From: Thermoproteota archaeon
GTDB taxonomy: Archaea; Korarchaeota; Korarchaeia; Korarchaeales; Korarchaeaceae
Direction: 5' to 3'
NCBI GenBank assembly: GCA_027491735.1
Contig: JAOZGP010000023.1
Location: forward strand, 1-64,000
Length of the DNA stretch: 64,000 nucleotides
Positions 51,245-61,109 of the stretch are shown here, in pieces. Under the pieces are notes generated by a model, which saw only the letters and a program-made list of their open reading frames with translations, had not been told where the DNA came from and did not search any database. Each line of letters starts with the position of its first letter. The stretch's first letter is position 1. A program made the translations under genes and the position numbers.

Positions 51245-53275
51245 GTGTGGGATATGGGAGGGGACGTCCTTCTGCATGGAGACGTTTATGCCTGCCTTGA
51301 TCATCTGGAGGATGATTCGATCGCCGTGGCTGTGACCTCCCCGCCCTACTGGAGACAGAGGAATTACAGATTTGAGGGACAGATCGGACAGGAGAAGACG
51401 CCTGAGGAGTACATCGGTCGGTTGGTGAAGGTATACAGCAAGCTTCGCCGGAAGCTCAGAAGGGATGGCGTCTTCTTCCTCAACATCGGAGATAAATACC
51501 TGAATCGATATGGTAAGTCTCATCTCCTGCAGATCCCGTACAGAGTGGCACATCACATGGTGAGGGATGGTTGGCGCCTAGAAGATATAATTATATGGTA
51601 TAAACCGAACCACATGCCCTCCCCGGTCAGGGACAGGTTCACGAACACGTACGAGCCCGTGCTGGTTCTGACGAGGGGCGAGAGTAACATATACAAGAAT
51701 GGATATCCGAGGGTGGTGGAGATACCTCTGCAGCGGACCCCGTGGAGACACACAGCGGTGTACCCCGAAGGTCTGGTGGTGGAGATGCTGAAACGTGTGA
51801 AGTTGGAGGACGGAGATATAGTACTGGATCCCTTCGCAGGAACTGGGACCACTGCTGTGGCTGTGAACAGGGTGAGGAACAGCCCTTACGCCAAGGAGAT
51901 CTACACGATAATGATCGAGAAGGGGGATGAGTTCGTGGACGTGATCAGGGAGAGGGCTAAAGTAAGGGCGGTCGTTCGGGTCGAGGACGTCGATTACGAA
52001 TGGCAGCCCGTTGAGGAGGAGAACCTTCCGGAATGCTTGAGGCCTACCCCGATGCTGAGGGACAGGTACGGAGAGACGTATATCGCTCGAGATCAGGAGG
52101 AGTTTCTATCCGCGTTGAAGGGGATCGCACTCAGAGAGTTCAAGGAGTTTCACAGGGAGGACGCGCTCTACTTCCTCGGGGTGAGGAGATGGGGTCTGGA
52201 CTCATTATATTACGTTCACGTCATATATAGATATGGATATGTTCTGAGGAACATGTTGGTGATATCCGATGGGAACAGCTGGTATCCTGTCTTCATGTTC
52301 GCACGGGATAGCACGAGGGTGGCGTACAGGTTCCACCTCGATAGGGTTAGGGTGAAGCCTAGGACGATGGAGAGGAGGGAATGGATGGAGGAGGAGTTCA
52401 TCGGCATGAGGGTGAGGGACACCTCAGGGAGGACATCTATTGAGGGTCGTGTGGTGAAGATCCTGGAGAAATATGCTGATGGTTTTCCAAAGCTGGTGGT
52501 GGTTCAATGGGGCAAAAAGGCGTCTGTGGAACTTGCCATTCATCCCGAGAAGGATGAGCTCCTGATGGAGGGCGTGAAGTTCCTTTGTCCGAGGTGTTAT
52601 TCCGAGTTGAAGGAGCCCTACGATCCGATAGGAGAAAACTCATGCCCTTCCTGCGGGCAGAGGTTGTGGACGAGCTTGGAGACGGTCCCCGTGGTGCAGG
52701 AACCTCGAGAGATATCCGAGGTTGTGAGGAAACTGGAGGATAACAAACACCACATGGGTCAGATTTTTAATATTAAGGAATTTGAAATAAAGAAAATTTC
52801 ATCATCAAGTAAGTTTTCCTCCTTGGAAAGGATCAACTGGGGGGCATCTCCCGGAGCGAGGAAGCTCATGCTCGGCGAATACTTCACAAAGATGCGCCTT
52901 TACAGAGTGAATCAACCTCTCGTCGCACAATATTTGATCTTACTGAGGAGGTCCAGGAACATGAGCATTCAGGACGTGGTAAGGAGGCTTCCGAGGAGGT
53001 ATCGTCACACAGTTGGTCATTGGTTCAGAAAGGACTTCGGCGGATCTATCCCAATACCCGAGGATATTGAAGTGATAGAGGAGATCCTCGGTGCTCGGGG
53101 CGGCCTGCTCAGGATTCTGAGGAGGACGGCCTTAAAACTTCAAACGGTCAGAGCATCGATCAAAGGTAAGAATCCGGGGGATTACATCAGGGGCAGAAGC
53201 GATGAGGAGCTGGTGAGGTTCCTCAGACTGTTGTATGCTCCATCACAGGGGAGCGCGTCGCGGTCGATGAGGTGA
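51245..53275 (+). CDS. Beta-class N4-C/N6-A DNA methyltransferase with long C-terminal extension (degenerate MTase fold, Zn ribbon, HTH)
   Basis: TSPPYW catalytic motif IV precedes LDPFAGTGTT motif I; IIW.KPN.MP.PV.DR...YE; CPRC...CPSC; XRE-like LR..RNMS..DV...HTVGHW. Confidence 0.85.
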   Translation: MWDMGGDVLLHGDVYACLDHLEDDSIAVAVTSPPYWRQRNYRFEGQIGQEKTPEEYIGRLVKVYSKLRRKLRRDGVFFLNIGDKYLNRYGKSHLLQIPYRVAHHMVRDGWRLEDIIIWYKPNHMPSPVRDRFTNTYEPVLVLTRGESNIYKNGYPRVVEIPLQRTPWRHTAVYPEGLVVEMLKRVKLEDGDIVLDPFAGTGTTAVAVNRVRNSPYAKEIYTIMIEKGDEFVDVIRERAKVRAVVRVEDVDYEWQPVEEENLPECLRPTPMLRDRYGETYIARDQEEFLSALKGIALREFKEFHREDALYFLGVRRWGLDSLYYVHVIYRYGYVLRNMLVISDGNSWYPVFMFARDSTRVAYRFHLDRVRVKPRTMERREWMEEEFIGMRVRDTSGRTSIEGRVVKILEKYADGFPKLVVVQWGKKASVELAIHPEKDELLMEGVKFLCPRCYSELKEPYDPIGENSCPSCGQRLWTSLETVPVVQEPREISEVVRKLEDNKHHMGQIFNIKEFEIKKISSSSKFSSLERINWGASPGARKLMLGEYFTKMRLYRVNQPLVAQYLILLRRSRNMSIQDVVRRLPRRYRHTVGHWFRKDFGGSIPIPEDIEVIEEILGARGGLLRILRRTALKLQTVRASIKGKNPGDYIRGRSDEELVRFLRLLYAPSQGSASRSMR

Positions 53276-53284
53276 GGGGATCGC

Positions 53285-53536
53285 GTGTGGAGGGAGGAGT
53301 GTGTAAACAGGGAAGCAGATGTAGGGCTGGGCATCAGGTGGGCAGCAGCACAGTACGGCCTGAACTTCATTCACGTGAGGTGGGAAAGCTTCGACTTCGT
53401 AATACCAAAGTATAGATATGGTGAAGAACCCGTAAGGAGGTTCCTGGAAACTCTTAGATCGAGTGAGTTCAAGGATCAGCTGAGCAGACTGCCGGGATAC
53501 AGGATCCCCGAGAACCTCGGAAGACGCATACTTTAG
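53285..53536 (+). pseudogene. C-terminal fragment of a PBP substrate-binding domain (MoeA-LysR/molybdate-regulator type)
   Basis: ADVGLGI..AA..YGL.FI....E.FD.VI.K...F.E.L.S.EF...L..LPGY; only about 80 aa, N-terminal part absent. Confidence 0.7.
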
Positions 53537-53834
53537 GATTCCTCGCTGCCTGTGCTGTGGAGTGGCGTTCTCATCGGAAGGCAGGGTATTCGAGGAAGGG
53601 CCTCTCAGAGGAAGTGAGAACAAGCGCACGCTGAGCAAGGCTTCATTCGATGTGCTCCCCAATCTTCAGCACGCGAGCTGAAGGTGGATAGCGTCTCTCT
53701 AGGTCCGTGACCAGCTAAGAACCTTTTTCTTGGACTGGGCAGAGCATGTTGTCGTGCGAGAGACATCAAACGCATATCTCATTGCTTCGATGACTTCCGC
53801 TGCTGGAGGGAAATGTTTTGTGGGGACAGCGACC

Positions 53835-54503
53835 TCAGCTGGCCTCAGCACTGACCTCTAATCCGGGGATCCTGACCCTACTGTAGACGTGATCGAGCGC
53901 CTTCAGGGATGCTGATATCCAGATCAGGTAGATGAGACCCGTGAGGAGGTAGACCTGAAGAGGCTTGAACGTCTGAGCTGCTATGCTCTTCGACACGGTG
54001 GTGAGCTCCCTCAGTCCTATCACTATGAGGGCCGAGGTGCTCAGCCCAAGGGAGACGTACTCGTTTGTCCACGAGGGTATCACTACCCTGAAGGCCTGAG
54101 GCAATACCACATGCCTCAAGGTCTGCCAGAAGGTCATCCCGAGGGATTTGGCGGCGAGAAGCTGGTCCTTGAACACCGCCTCGATGGCTCCCTTGAAGTA
54201 ACCCTTCTGATAGGCCCCGCTGTTCAGCATGAGAGTCACCGTCCCGGCCGTGAAGGCATCCCATCTCACACCAGTCACCGTCGGCACAGAGAAGTAGAAC
54301 AGGAGAAGCTGAACTATAAGGGGGCTTCCTCGGAAGAACTCCACGTAAGCTCCTATCAAAGCCCTGAGAGCTCTACCACCGTAGACATCGCCCAGAGCGG
54401 AGAGCACGCCGAGGACGAGGCCCCCGCCTAGCCCGAGGAAGGTCATGACAAGAGTCATCTCAAAGCCCTGAACTATCAGGTAGGAGTAGTCGAGCAGGAA
54501 CAA
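53835..54503 (-). CDS. Polar amino-acid ABC transporter permease
   Basis: YVEFFRGSPLIVQL, LNSGAY, Q..AA.SLGM....LRHVVLPQA. Confidence 0.9.
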   Translation of the reverse strand: MFLLDYSYLIVQGFEMTLVMTFLGLGGGLVLGVLSALGDVYGGRALRALIGAYVEFFRGSPLIVQLLLFYFSVPTVTGVRWDAFTAGTVTLMLNSGAYQKGYFKGAIEAVFKDQLLAAKSLGMTFWQTLRHVVLPQAFRVVIPSWTNEYVSLGLSTSALIVIGLRELTTVSKSIAAQTFKPLQVYLLTGLIYLIWISASLKALDHVYSRVRIPGLEVSAEAS

Positions 54504-55241
54504 CTAGATCCCTCCCAGAAGCCTTGTCAGGAACCTCCTCGCTCTGGGAGTCTTTGGACTTCTGAGAAGCTGGTCTGGAGGGCCACTTTCCAGGATTTTG
54601 CCACCGTCCATAAAAGATATCTCGTCAGCCACCTCCTTGGCGAAGGCTATCTCGTGGGTGACGACCAGCATTGTGATCCCTCTCTTGGCGAGATCCCTCA
54701 TGACGTCTATGACCTCCCACGTGAGCTCTATGTCCAGGGAGGCGGTCGGCTCGTCAAAGAGTATCACGTCCGGATCCATGGCCAGAGCCCTGGCTATTCC
54801 CACCCTCTGCTGCTGACCTCCTGAGAGCTGAGCTGGATAGTAGTTGGCCCACTCCTCCATCCTCACAGCCTTCAGGGCCTCCATAGCCCTCTCGGTCGCC
54901 TCGTCATTGTTCACCTTCAGGACACATTTGAGACCGATCTTGACATTGTCCAAAGCCGTTAAGTGTCTAAAAAGACTTGGTTCCTGGAAGACAAAACCTA
55001 TCTTAGCTCTGATGATGTTGAGATCAAGTCCTGAGGTGTAGACGTCCCTACCCTCGAAGAAAATCTTCCCCCCGGTCGGAGGCTCCAGGAGGCCCATAAG
55101 CCTTAGGAAGGTGGACTTGCCCGAGCCGCTCGGTCCTATTATGACCTTGGTTTCCCCCTTTTCTATCTCAAAGTCTATCCCTCTGAGAACCTGAAGGTCG
55201 CCATAGCTCTTCCTGAGGTCCCTGCACTTGAGCACGCTCAA
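54504..55241 (-). CDS. Polar amino-acid ABC transporter ATP-binding protein (GlnQ-like)
   Basis: IGPSGSGKST, YPAQLSGGQQQRV.IARALAM.P..ILFDEPT, VTHE..FA..VAD. Confidence 0.92.
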   Translation of the reverse strand: MSVLKCRDLRKSYGDLQVLRGIDFEIEKGETKVIIGPSGSGKSTFLRLMGLLEPPTGGKIFFEGRDVYTSGLDLNIIRAKIGFVFQEPSLFRHLTALDNVKIGLKCVLKVNNDEATERAMEALKAVRMEEWANYYPAQLSGGQQQRVGIARALAMDPDVILFDEPTASLDIELTWEVIDVMRDLAKRGITMLVVTHEIAFAKEVADEISFMDGGKILESGPPDQLLRSPKTPRARRFLTRLLGGI

Positions 55242-55245
55242 GATC

Positions 55246-55902
55246 TCACCTCAGCCCATACTTGGTCTTCAGCTTGGAGCCCCACCTGTCGAGGTAGTTC
55301 GCTACGGGGAACGTCATAGCCACGTAGATCAGGGCTGCAAGCAGATATGGGTAGATGAAGGACCTAGTGGCTGCCCTCAATATGTCCGAGTACTTGGCGA
55401 GGTCTAGCACCCCCAGCACGAAGGAGTAGGAGGAGTCCTTTATCAGGAGGGCTATCTCGCTCCCCAGACCTGGGAGGGCCACAATGAACGCCTGCGGAAC
55501 TATTATGTGTCTGAACGCCTGGGCCCTCGTCATGCCGAGGGAGATGGCTGCCATCATCTGATCCCTCCCAACGCTGTTCATGGCACTCCTAAATATCTGA
55601 GATTGAAAAGCTCCGCTCCTCAGTCCGAGAGCCACGACAGCGCTGATGAATGGGTCTCTGAAGAGGGGAACTAAGCCTGCAAGTCCGAAGTGCAGGAAGA
55701 GCATTATCACAAGTACGGGAACTCCCCTCATGACCTTATCATATCCCTCGAGAACGGTCGACAGCTCGAAGGACCGCGAGAGCTGTCTGATCATGGCGAT
55801 CGGCATCCCCACAATGAAACCCATGGCGAAGGAGATGAGCGATATGGAGAGAGTTGTGGGAACTCCTTGAAGCAAAAAAATGAGATCTTGAGCGGAGATC
55901 AA
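55246..55902 (-). CDS. Polar amino-acid ABC transporter permease
   Basis: RG.P.LV, RS.A..S.IFR, Q..AA.SLGM...AFRHII.PQA, LIKDSS. Confidence 0.9.
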   Translation of the reverse strand: MISAQDLIFLLQGVPTTLSISLISFAMGFIVGMPIAMIRQLSRSFELSTVLEGYDKVMRGVPVLVIMLFLHFGLAGLVPLFRDPFISAVVALGLRSGAFQSQIFRSAMNSVGRDQMMAAISLGMTRAQAFRHIIVPQAFIVALPGLGSEIALLIKDSSYSFVLGVLDLAKYSDILRAATRSFIYPYLLAALIYVAMTFPVANYLDRWGSKLKTKYGLR

Positions 55903-55964
55903 AGTCTTTCCCTCTCATGACAGCGTTTCCTTCTCTCCCGAGATGGTGACAAGCGGACGGGTGA

Positions 55965-56810
55965 TCACCCACTTGTGACGTTCCACTTGGCCCTTATCTG
56001 GTCCACCTTGCCCTCAGCGAAGAGCTCAGCTAGAGCAGCGTCTATCTTCTGCACGAGGATCGGGGAGTCCTTGTTCGCTATGAAAGCCACAGGCCAGTAG
56101 GACCTGGCGTATATCACGGTCAGAGGGATCTTCTCCGTGGAGATCCACCAGGTGGTTATGGGGGTCTCGGCGTACACGGCATCTATCACACCCTTCTCCA
56201 GATCCTTGAGGGCCATTCCAAAGTCCTTGTACGACTTCACCTGGCTCGACTCGAGCGCTCCCTTCTTGACCAAGTTCAACAGTTCAGCTTCCTCGGTGGT
56301 CCCGCTTCCCGTCCCAACCACCATACCGTACTTGGCCACGTCCGATAGAGAGCTCAGCTTTGTTATCCCGAGCTGTTCCGCCTTAGCCTTCGTGGTGATC
56401 AGCTGAACCTGGGTCACGGTGTGCGGCATGGTGTAGAGTATGACTTTCATCCTCTCGGGGGTCACGGAGAACCCGCTCACGCCGAGGTCGACCTCCCCGT
56501 TCTTGACTGCTGATATTATGGCGTCGAAGTCCATTTGCTTCCACTTGACTTCGATCCCCAGCTTCTGAGCAACAGCATTCATGAGGTCGACCTCGTATCC
56601 GACTACCTCGTTGGTCTTAGGGTCTATGAACTCGAAAGGCGGCCAGTCGGGTGACGTGGCCACCACGATGTACCCCCTCTTCTGGACTGATTCCCAAGTC
56701 TGGCCTACAGCCTGAGTCTTTGGATTTGCGGCCGGATATATCAGGTATCCAACAGCGAAAGCGATGATAGCCACAATTACAAGACCTACAACAGACGATT
56801 TGGAGGTCAA
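55965..56810 (-). CDS. Polar amino-acid ABC transporter substrate-binding protein
   Basis: ATSPDWPPFE, G.EVDL, FD.II.A...G.VD, TPER, GTT. Confidence 0.9.
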   Translation of the reverse strand: MTSKSSVVGLVIVAIIAFAVGYLIYPAANPKTQAVGQTWESVQKRGYIVVATSPDWPPFEFIDPKTNEVVGYEVDLMNAVAQKLGIEVKWKQMDFDAIISAVKNGEVDLGVSGFSVTPERMKVILYTMPHTVTQVQLITTKAKAEQLGITKLSSLSDVAKYGMVVGTGSGTTEEAELLNLVKKGALESSQVKSYKDFGMALKDLEKGVIDAVYAETPITTWWISTEKIPLTVIYARSYWPVAFIANKDSPILVQKIDAALAELFAEGKVDQIRAKWNVTSG

Positions 56811-56899
56811 ACGATCACCTGCCGAGAGGGCTCGGGGGGAGTATTTATAATTTATGTAATATATGGATCGGATCGAGTCGCTGAAGTTACAAATGCAAC

Positions 56900-57577
56900 T
56901 TAATGTCCACTGGGCCTGAGACTTCTCCTGGTAGTCAGTATGAGGTCCTCCAGCAACTTGTAGGCTGTAGAGGCATCACTCCTGTCGAATATGAGCACCG
57001 TGTCCTTGTAGCAAGAGATGACCTGCGTGACGTTTATTCCATTAGACGAGAGGGTGTAGAGCACCAGCTCGAGAACTCCAGGGGTGACTACTATGTCCTC
57101 CGGGCTCACCATGACTAAGGCCGTCTGATCGCTCAGCGTACTCACGATGAGCCTCTTGGGAAAGATAGACAGGATCCTGGGAAGCAGTTCGCTCGCCACC
57201 ACTATGGAGAAGGTGTCCAATCCTTGGGTCATCTGAAAGAACCTGGCTCTCTCCATCAGACCGATGAGGTCGTCGATCCTCTGCTCCACAGCTGATCTCC
57301 TAACTGTGATCACTCCCAGATCTGTTTGAAGCTCTAGGACGCTCTCGGCTATGACTCTCCTGATCCTCTCCTCGATCTTACCTTTTCTCCTGATATCCGA
57401 GCTGAACCTTATCAGAGCCATCTTTATGGCTCCTACTGAGGCTCTAATCCCCATGTTGTTCAGATCCTCCTGTATGAGCCTGGACAGGGCACTGTAGTTT
57501 ATAACCCCATGCGCCAAGCAGTCCCTGATGGCGGGCCTGGTGAGCACGACTTCTCGGACGTGTTTCGAGACGCTCAT
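56900..57577 (-). CDS. Conserved archaeal ACT-domain-containing protein
   Basis: P.IRDCL..GVINYSALSR..., AIKMAL.R, TPGV, GIN....ISCY.DT. Confidence 0.75.
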   Translation of the reverse strand: MSVSKHVREVVLTRPAIRDCLAHGVINYSALSRLIQEDLNNMGIRASVGAIKMALIRFSSDIRRKGKIEERIRRVIAESVLELQTDLGVITVRRSAVEQRIDDLIGLMERARFFQMTQGLDTFSIVVASELLPRILSIFPKRLIVSTLSDQTALVMVSPEDIVVTPGVLELVLYTLSSNGINVTQVISCYKDTVLIFDRSDASTAYKLLEDLILTTRRSLRPSGH

Positions 57578-58112
57578 TGCAATCCAAACAGAACAATGTA
57601 GTGTTGAATATAAACATCGGTCATTAGGCGGCTACAGCGATCAATCAACCACAGCCAGCAGAGGGGGAAGAACTCGAGGATCTCGGCGGTCTGATATGGA
57701 ACATCTCATTCTGAACTCCTCAAACGGTGCTTCCTGTTCCTGACCTTCCGACAGCAGGCCAGTGAGCCGGAGCTATATTCATCTATCCCCTATAACTATA
57801 TACAATGTGTACGAAAATTCATCTAGGTATTCTATATAAGATAACTATAAATAAATCGCATCTCTAGAACTTCTCGGGGATCACCATGAAGAAGGCTGTG
57901 GTTCTCGAGCTCATGTGGACCGGTGTTCTCTCGCTTTGTCCCCGTTGTCAACCCCGTCCTCTCCCTAGTGTGAGGCATGAGACGATCCCGTCACCGTGAG
58001 CAAGCACCTCTGAGGACCCCGAATCCGGGCAGTGCCGATCGCTCAACCCGAGGTTTCTCGTGGATCCCAGACCTTGTCTCGGATCTTCAACGGCGGAGCG
58101 ATGACGTTCCAT

Positions 58113-59174
58113 TCAAAAAGGTCTGGAGTCACTGTTCCCGATGTACGACAGGAGCTCCGCTATCAGGACAGCATTTCCTGCAGCCCCTCTCACGAGGTTG
58201 TGCCCCAGAGCCACATATCTGTACCAGCGGCCGTGCCACCCGAGTCTCGATATCCTTCCGACGGACACGGACATCCCCCCTCCCTCCGTCCTATCGAGCA
58301 GTGGCTGGGGTCTGTCCACCTTCCTTCTGACCACGATCGGATTAGCAGGAGCCGTCGGCAGGGAGAGGTCTTGGGGAGGGCCTTTAAATCTCGAGAAGCA
58401 CTCTGCGAGCTCTTCCTCGCTGAGCTCCTCGCTGAGCTCCACCAGAACTGACTCCAGATGACCGTGCCTCGTTGGAACTCTCGTAGTCGTAGCGGCTATC
58501 GAGATGTCCGCCTCCCTAACTCCCGAATTTGTCAAGGTTCCTAGGATCTTACGAGGCTCCTTGGAGAGCTTGTCCTCCTCTCTGGGTATATGGGGAATCA
58601 CGTTGTCCGTTATGGCGAGGCTCGGAACCCCAGCGAAGCCAGCCCCGCTGACAGCCTGAAGCGTGGTCACGAAGGCCCTCCTGAGCCCGTGCTCCATGAG
58701 AGGCTTGAGGGTCATCGTCAAGATTGCTGTGGAGCAGTTCGGGTTCTTCACGATTCTTCCCCTCCACCTCCTCTGAATCTTAATGAGAGCTAGATGCTCG
58801 GGGTTGACCTCGGGTACTATCAGGGGTATGTCCGGATCGAGTCTAAGGTTGCTTGAATTGGAGATCACGGTAAATCCCTCCTCGGCGAACTTGGGCTCGA
58901 TATGAGAGGCTATATCACTTGGAAGGGCTGAGAATATGATATCCACTCCTGAGAACTCATTTGGGTCTAGATTCAGAAGCCTGAGCTCAGCCACATCTTC
59001 TGGGAGGCATCTCTCGACGATCCAACTGACCACCTCACCGTAGCTTCTTCCCGATTTCTGGTGAGATGCCGAGAGAGCTACTAAGTCGAACCAAGGATGC
59101 CGTGAGAGAAGAGAGACGAAAACTTGACCTACAAGACCTGTCGCACCCAGGAGTCCTACTTTAAGCCGGTCCAT
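58113..59174 (-). CDS. asd: Aspartate-semialdehyde dehydrogenase (archaeal/fungal type)
   Basis: GATGLVGQ, HPWF, PL..PEVN.EH, NPNCST, QAVSGAG, EE.K, RVP..HGH, HNLVRGAAG. Confidence 0.95.
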   Translation of the reverse strand: MDRLKVGLLGATGLVGQVFVSLLSRHPWFDLVALSASHQKSGRSYGEVVSWIVERCLPEDVAELRLLNLDPNEFSGVDIIFSALPSDIASHIEPKFAEEGFTVISNSSNLRLDPDIPLIVPEVNPEHLALIKIQRRWRGRIVKNPNCSTAILTMTLKPLMEHGLRRAFVTTLQAVSGAGFAGVPSLAITDNVIPHIPREEDKLSKEPRKILGTLTNSGVREADISIAATTTRVPTRHGHLESVLVELSEELSEEELAECFSRFKGPPQDLSLPTAPANPIVVRRKVDRPQPLLDRTEGGGMSVSVGRISRLGWHGRWYRYVALGHNLVRGAAGNAVLIAELLSYIGNSDSRPF

Positions 59175-60546
59175 CGACCACCACCTCATCATGTATTCTC
59201 CTCACAAGCTCGACAGCCCTATCTGAGTCAACAAGAAGCGTAAGGCTCACTCTTTCACCTCCTCTCGAGATGAGGTAGACGTTCATGTGTTTCAAAAGCC
59301 TTAGAACTTTTTGGAAGTTGTGAGGGCTCCTGAGCCCGCATCCCACAACAACTACGGCGGAGAGATCCTCCTTGACCTTCACGGAGCTGACCACCTTCTT
59401 GGACTTCAGTCTTCTCTCGACGAGGTTCGAGAACCTTTTGGAGCAATCCTTTCTGACAACCACATCTATGACCGTTTCGGAGACTGGTTGTGATATGGCA
59501 CATATGTTGACTCCGGAGTCCCTGGCAAGGGACGCTATCTCAGCGGCAGTCCCTATCCTCCCGACCATCGTAGTCCCCCTGACCTCCACGAGTGCCAGGT
59601 CGCTAACCGCCAAGACGGCCTTCACCTTGTCCTGACAATCGCAGGTCCCCTTAACTAGAGTTGAGCTGCCCTTCGGATTATGAAAACTGATTATCCTGGC
59701 TGGGACACCGCTCCTGATCAGAGGCTCAAACGTGCTCGGATGAAACCTTTTAGCTCCCAGATAGGAGAGCTCCATAGCCTCCTCCAGAGAAAGTCTATTT
59801 ATCGTCCTGGCATTCGGTACGATCTCGGGATTTGCAGTGAGAACACCCTCTACGTCCGTGTAGAACCTGACTTCTGAGGCGTTGAGGGCTGATGCTATGA
59901 GTGTGGCCGAGAGATCGCTTCCTCCACGCCCTAACGTGGTTATGTCCCCTTCGGGAGTCATTCCCAGGAACCCTGTGATCACAGGCACCACCCCTTCCAA
60001 CAGCAGAGGTCTTATCTTCCTCCTGATCCTTGGGTACGTCCTCCTCGTGATGGGTCTGGCCTCTCCGAAGTCCCTGGTGGTGATCACTCCAGCGTCCCCG
60101 CCAGTCATCCAGGTGGATCTCACTCCCCTGGACGTTAAAACATGGCTCATCAGAAGGGCCGATAGTCTCTCCCCAAATGAGAGAACGTAGTCCCTCACCC
60201 GTGGAGTAGCTTCCTTCAGCATCCTCACAGCCCAGACCGTTCTCGAGAGCTCGTTTAATAGATCAGATATTTCCCTCATAGCTTCCTTTGGAAGGTTTAG
60301 ATCTGAGGCGACCTCCCTGTGAAGGTCGAACACTTGCCGGAGATGGCCTTCTGTCCCCTCCATAACCGATCTGAGCTTGTCAGTGATCCCCTTCATCGCT
60401 GAAATCACGACGATGGGAGCACATTCTTGCTCCATCAGGTCCAGAACTATGTCAGCGGCCCCTAGAAAGCTGTACCCTCCCTCGAGGATTGACCCTCCGA
60501 ACTTGACGACCAGAGCTCTCAACGGAGACCACCGCCCAAGGGTCAC
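59161..60546 (-). CDS. lysC: Aspartate kinase with ACT domains
   Basis: VVKFGGS, V.SAM.G.TD.L, S.GERLS, TTLGRGGSD.SA, TDVEG..TA.P, EA.EL.Y.GAK. Confidence 0.93.
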   Translation of the reverse strand: MTLGRWSPLRALVVKFGGSILEGGYSFLGAADIVLDLMEQECAPIVVISAMKGITDKLRSVMEGTEGHLRQVFDLHREVASDLNLPKEAMREISDLLNELSRTVWAVRMLKEATPRVRDYVLSFGERLSALLMSHVLTSRGVRSTWMTGGDAGVITTRDFGEARPITRRTYPRIRRKIRPLLLEGVVPVITGFLGMTPEGDITTLGRGGSDLSATLIASALNASEVRFYTDVEGVLTANPEIVPNARTINRLSLEEAMELSYLGAKRFHPSTFEPLIRSGVPARIISFHNPKGSSTLVKGTCDCQDKVKAVLAVSDLALVEVRGTTMVGRIGTAAEIASLARDSGVNICAISQPVSETVIDVVVRKDCSKRFSNLVERRLKSKKVVSSVKVKEDLSAVVVVGCGLRSPHNFQKVLRLLKHMNVYLISRGGERVSLTLLVDSDRAVELVRRIHDEVVVDGPA

Positions 60547-60632
60547 AGGATGAGATGAGAGGATGCCCCTGGGCGGTGATCCTCATCCGTTTAAAAACAA
60601 TGCCCGATCCTGCTCGGCAATATAACGATACA

Positions 60633-60974
60633 TCAGTAGTTGTGGGTGCCCAGGACCACTTTTACCCCTATCTTCTCCTCTATCAGCCTGGCCCACTCCT
60701 CTGGCCTCATGTAGGGGCATCCGGGCTTGGGATCTACCATGCAGTTGCTCAGGTAGATCTCCTCTGGTTTGACTCCAGAGAGCTTCATGGTCATCTTTAT
60801 GGTGGATATCAAGGTGCTTCCGGGACATTCACACCTCACGAACCCGATAACCTGTACCGGCTCGTCGAAATTGCCCTCTCCGAGAGCCGCGGCCTTGAGG
60901 CACCTCCACTCCCCAGGACATCCGTACGTCTCATCCATATAGCGCCCACATCCCACTATAAACACCTTCTTCAT
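60633..60974 (-). CDS. CGGC-domain putative Fe-S/metal-binding protein
   Basis: C.......CPG...CL.A...G.F, GF..C.CPG, L.NC.....CP, VV.GTH. Confidence 0.75.
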   Translation of the reverse strand: MKKVFIVGCGRYMDETYGCPGEWRCLKAAALGEGNFDEPVQVIGFVRCECPGSTLISTIKMTMKLSGVKPEEIYLSNCMVDPKPGCPYMRPEEWARLIEEKIGVKVVLGTHNY

Positions 60975-61109
60975 GACACCACCCTGGAGTGGTCCCACCG
61001 AACCTTAAACGCATTTCGCTCATCACTAAAAAATCCATCAAGAGCTCAGCAAGTTCTCTCTCCAACCCTCCTTTGATTTTTCATGAGAAGATCCTAGCTC
61101 ACAGGAGAT

